From: an uncultured virus (IMG/VR IMGVR_UViG_3300002834_000023)
Taxonomy: Duplodnaviria > Heunggongvirae > Uroviricota > Caudoviricetes
Direction: 5' to 3' (one strand)
DNA length: 20,000 nucleotides
Virus record (IMG/VR): IMGVR_UViG_3300002834_000023
Below, one piece after another: positions 16,662 to 20,000 of this stretch. The position numbers were made by a program, and so were the translations under genes. Position 1 is the first letter of the stretch, and every line of letters begins with the position of its first letter. The notes beneath the pieces were generated by a model. It searched no databases. It saw only the letters and a program-made list of their open reading frames with translations, and had not been told where the DNA came from.

Positions 16662-17396
16662 TTATATAAATTTACCAGTTGATAATTGTAAGATATGAAT
16701 GTTTCTATTATCTAAAACCCGAACATTTTTTACTATGACAGGTTCCTCACTTCTAACTTGTGTATGACCAACAATTTGAATGATATTATCGTCAAATAGT
16801 TTTTCTTCACTGGTAAATTCACGTATATCAGCCCATATTGGGCTACCTGAATTATGTAATCCCCAACGAAGATAAGAGATTTCACAAAATGCGCCTTTAT
16901 TTACAATGAAATACTTGTTTAATTGTTCTTCAATAGTATTTCCAAGTTTCAAAAATTCACCTTTATGTGAATCATACCAGTCTTTCAAAATACCCGCATG
17001 AATAAAAAGATAATTTCCAATTTGCTTACACAATTGAAATATACTATTATCCAATCCAACTTCCAAAAGTCGTTTGTATTTTTCGTAATAAAACCATGAA
17101 AAACGAGTACATTTGTATGCTTCATCAAAATAATGAAGTTCATGGTTGCCAATAAGCAATGTTATATCATCAGGATATTTATTCTTGAAGTCAAGAATAT
17201 CCAAGAAGTTTTTGTAACATTCTTCTTCACTAACACCCTCATTTGGATATGGATCAGTATAATCCCCAAGAAATATTATTGGATAAATTGGTTTACGGTC
17301 AAGCAATTTTTTCCAAAAATTTCTTCCATGAATATCAGGAACAACCACTATATGATTGTCTGGTTCAAATTGTTCAATGGTTTTATAATCTATCAT
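16662..17396 (-). CDS. Calcineurin-like metallophosphoesterase
   Basis: DIHG, GDYTD, GNHE, HAG and GHT motifs. Confidence 0.93.
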   Translation of the reverse strand: MIDYKTIEQFEPDNHIVVVPDIHGRNFWKKLLDRKPIYPIIFLGDYTDPYPNEGVSEEECYKNFLDILDFKNKYPDDITLLIGNHELHYFDEAYKCTRFSWFYYEKYKRLLEVGLDNSIFQLCKQIGNYLFIHAGILKDWYDSHKGEFLKLGNTIEEQLNKYFIVNKGAFCEISYLRWGLHNSGSPIWADIREFTSEEKLFDDNIIQIVGHTQVRSEEPVIVKNVRVLDNRNIHILQLSTGKFI

Positions 17397-17415
17397 AAGT
17401 TAATATATTTTATTA

Positions 17416-17462
17416 CAAAAGTATTAAAAAATTCTATGAAAATAAAATTACTGGATGTTAAA
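17416..17462 (-). promoter_or_regulatory. Bipartite promoter TTTAACATCCAG-N27-TACTTTTG, copy 5 (drives the minus-strand operon)
   Basis: CTGGATGTTAAA at 17451-17462 and CAAAAGTA at 17416-17423; orientation follows the gene strand. Confidence 0.8.
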
Positions 17463-17478
17463 AAAAGTATTTTGTCTC

Positions 17479-17506
17479 AAAAAAAAAAACGGTTTATTTA
17501 TAAGTA
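17479..17506 (+). promoter_or_regulatory. Leader A11-CGGTTTATTTATA-AGTA of repeat gene 2 (putative late-type promoter)
   Basis: Matches 11749-11776; TATTTATA ends 20 nt before ATG. Confidence 0.65.
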
Positions 17507-17522
17507 AAATATATATCAACTT

Positions 17523-19826
17523 ATGTTATATGATACAATATTTGTAAGAAAGAAAAATAGTGTTCCAAATGAAGGCATGTTCTTTATGCGTTTCTACAAC
17601 CAAACTGGTGCTACTGTTACAATCAATACATTAAATAATTTACTGTTAAGAACTGATAGTTGGAATCCTAACCCTGTATTATTAACTGCGGTTGTTGAAC
17701 GTGCTGGTGGTATTGTAGATGATGTAAAAGATAGCATTAATGCAAACACAATATTAGATTTTAATGTTAATGACAATGAATCTTGTGTTTTCAGAATGAC
17801 ATGGAATGTTGGTATGTTTTCACTTCAAGGCAGAGTGGGCTATGGATCAGCTCAAATGAATAATTCATATGCAAGAATTGTTCGGAGTGCTGGATGTGAA
17901 ATTAGAGGAACACTTCCAGTACCTCCTGCATTTATGAGATATTTATTTCAATATTGTATAAATTATAATCCACAACCTGGTGATATATTTGATACAAGTA
18001 ATTGGTATCCAACATCCAATAACTATTTATCCCCACCAATTGGAGCTAATTTCCTTAATCAAACATGGCAAGGTTGTACTTCCCTAACAAATGCTACTGT
18101 ACCAGATACAAGTGCTTGGACACTATCCAATACTATGAATCGAGCCATTGGAGATGGATTTATGTTAAGTACATGGGAAAGTTGTACATCATTGGTAAAT
18201 GCTGCTGTTCCTGATACAAGTAACTGGCAAGTTGTTGGTAGATCACCTCAAGAATGTATGTCTAGCGTATGGGCGAATTGTACATCATTGGTTAATGCTG
18301 CTGTTATAAACACAACTAATTGGAGAATTGATAGTATATATATAAACTTTTTTAACAACTGTTGGTATAATTGTACATCATTGGTAACTGCTGTTGTTCC
18401 TGATACAAGTAACTGGCCAGTTTATTTAATTTACACTGGTTCACACTTTGGACAAGCTTGGAGAGGATGTACTTCATTGGTTAATGCTGCTGTACCTGAT
18501 ACAAGTAACTGGCCAATAACTTCTTTCAATTCACAAAGTTGGTTTGAGAGTGCATGGCAAGATTGTACTTCATTAGTTAATGCAGTTATTCCAGATACAA
18601 GTGGTTGGATAGTAAATGGACCTCTTGCCTCAAATAATTCATTTTTAACTAATACATGGAATGGTTGTACTTCATTGGTAACTGCTGTTGTTCCTGATAC
18701 ATCAAATTGGAACGTAACAGAAGTGGGATTTAGTTTTCTTGAAGGTACATGGGCGAATTGTACTTCATTGGTTAATGCTGCTGTTCCTGATACATCAAAT
18801 TGGAACGTAACAGGTAATATTGGTATGAGTTATTCATGGGGTTATTTTATGCGAAATACTTGGCAAAATTGTATATCTCTTATAACTGCTGTTGTACCTG
18901 ATACAAGTGGGTGGAATATTTCACAAACAAGAAGTGGTTTTATGACAAGTACATGGAATGGTTGTACATCATTAATTAATGCTGCTGTACCTGACATGAG
19001 TAATTGGTCTGTCACAATTGCTAGTGATTTATTTACAAGTACATGGAATGGTTGTACATCCTTAGCAACATCTATATCCCCAAATTGTTCAAACTGGCCA
19101 ATTACAACAATTAGTAGTTTTTGTGATAGTACATGGAGAGGTTGCACATCATTGGTTAATGCTGCTGTTCCTGATACGAGTGGGTGGAATTTATTGGTTG
19201 GAACAATAGGAAGTTTTATGAATAACACTTGGTGGGGTTGTACTTCATTGGTTAATGCTGTTGTACCTGATACAAGTAACTGGAGACCAACATCTGTTGG
19301 AAATAGTTTTATGCAAAATACTTGGTATGGTTGCACATCATTGGTTAATGCTGCTGTCCCCGATACAAGTAACTGGAATATAGATACAATTGGTACTCAA
19401 TTTATGACACAAACATGGACTAATTGTGCAGCATTAGTAACTGCAATTTCACCCGATACATCAAATTGGAATGTACAAGGAACGATTGGTTCTGGGACTT
19501 CTTCCTATTTTATGCAACAAACTTGGTATGGTTGTACTTCATTGGTAATTGTTGATCTACCCGATACATCAAATTGGAATGTGAGTAATCTATTAGGAAC
19601 ATTTATGTCTAATACATTTTACAATGCACTTAGTACTTCTGGTGCAGTTGCAACATTAAAGGGAAGTTTATATACAGGAACATTACGTGCATTACAAACA
19701 AACAGTGCTGGTATGACAAATGCAAGGGTTATCAATGTGAAAGTTGATTTAGCTTTAATTTCAACATATCAATCAAGTTCATCTTGGACCAATATATCAC
19801 CAAATACTAAATTTATTCAATGGTAA
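17523..19826 (+). CDS. BspA/DUF285-like LRR-type solenoid protein, ~16 repeats of 30-37 aa (paralog of 11794..14454)
   Basis: Repeat TWxGCTSLVNAAVPDTSNW followed by a variable segment; shared MFFMRF, ESCVFR, QPGDIFDTS and KVDLALI.TYQSS caps. Confidence 0.85.
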   Translation: MLYDTIFVRKKNSVPNEGMFFMRFYNQTGATVTINTLNNLLLRTDSWNPNPVLLTAVVERAGGIVDDVKDSINANTILDFNVNDNESCVFRMTWNVGMFSLQGRVGYGSAQMNNSYARIVRSAGCEIRGTLPVPPAFMRYLFQYCINYNPQPGDIFDTSNWYPTSNNYLSPPIGANFLNQTWQGCTSLTNATVPDTSAWTLSNTMNRAIGDGFMLSTWESCTSLVNAAVPDTSNWQVVGRSPQECMSSVWANCTSLVNAAVINTTNWRIDSIYINFFNNCWYNCTSLVTAVVPDTSNWPVYLIYTGSHFGQAWRGCTSLVNAAVPDTSNWPITSFNSQSWFESAWQDCTSLVNAVIPDTSGWIVNGPLASNNSFLTNTWNGCTSLVTAVVPDTSNWNVTEVGFSFLEGTWANCTSLVNAAVPDTSNWNVTGNIGMSYSWGYFMRNTWQNCISLITAVVPDTSGWNISQTRSGFMTSTWNGCTSLINAAVPDMSNWSVTIASDLFTSTWNGCTSLATSISPNCSNWPITTISSFCDSTWRGCTSLVNAAVPDTSGWNLLVGTIGSFMNNTWWGCTSLVNAVVPDTSNWRPTSVGNSFMQNTWYGCTSLVNAAVPDTSNWNIDTIGTQFMTQTWTNCAALVTAISPDTSNWNVQGTIGSGTSSYFMQQTWYGCTSLVIVDLPDTSNWNVSNLLGTFMSNTFYNALSTSGAVATLKGSLYTGTLRALQTNSAGMTNARVINVKVDLALISTYQSSSSWTNISPNTKFIQW

Positions 19827-19830
19827 AATA

Positions 19831-19980
19831 ATGAAAAATCTAATAAAAACTATTGATGTATATGGTGATGCTGAAAAAGCATCTATTGAAGCCTTAAAAT
19901 ATTATATGTTAAAAAATTATGAGGTTGAAATTATTTGTGTCGTTATAAACAGACATTACAAATTACATTTATACAAATAA
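19831..19980 (+). CDS. Small hypothetical protein (49 aa)
   Basis: Hand-translated MKNLIKTIDV...LHLYK, ATG..TAA. Confidence 0.55.
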   Translation: MKNLIKTIDVYGDAEKASIEALKYYMLKNYEVEIICVVINRHYKLHLYK

Positions 19981-20000
19981 TTCTTAATCAAAAAAAAAAA

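Noticed and set aside
2505..17462. TTTAACATCCAG copies as invertible or mobile element ends
   Set aside because: No recombinase or transposase is seen, and the fixed spacing to TAnnTTTG plus orientation with downstream genes is better explained by promoter function
16031..17507. Plus-strand ORFs 16031..16360 and 17133..17507
   Set aside because: Antisense to the methyltransferase and phosphoesterase, which have clear catalytic motifs
13686..19336. Antisense ORFs 13686..13949 and 18842..19336
   Set aside because: Shadows of the repetitive sense-strand genes
12283..19620. CRISPR-like constant/variable periodicity in the two repeat regions
   Set aside because: Repeats are degenerate at synonymous sites, unit lengths keep the frame, and both lie in uninterrupted long ORFs; no cas genes are present
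11794..19826. Diversity-generating retroelement acting on the repeat genes
   Set aside because: No reverse transcriptase in the window and no template/variable pair differing only at adenines; variation includes indels and all bases

Overview
Very AT-rich, gene-dense DNA that reads as part of a large (jumbo-type) lytic phage genome, most likely infecting Bacteroidota. The basis is many small unknown ORFs, A-rich starts without Shine-Dalgarno sequences, and TAnnTTTG promoter boxes; the host and phage assignment is inference. Recognisable genes are a Thg1-like tRNA guanylyltransferase, a stand-alone DUF262 protein, a membrane-anchored GH73 glucosaminidase, two SEC-C motif proteins, a PRTase-fold protein, DHFR, a phage Dam-type N6-adenine methyltransferase and a metallophosphoesterase. 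The most striking content is two paralogous solenoid genes (11794-14454 and 17523-19826) built from about 21 and 16 Trp/Cys repeats of about 31 aa, with a constant scaffold, hypervariable segments and a shared A11-CGGTTTATTTATA leader. The intergenic DNA carries three recurring motifs: five TTTAACATCCAG-N26/27-TAnnTTTG promoters, three TATTTATA boxes 20-21 nt before start codons, and three TACTCAAATGAGTA palindromes directly after stop codons. There is also a candidate ~100-nt structured ncRNA with its own promoter (6021-6123). All calls come from reading motifs by eye; no database search or folding program was run.
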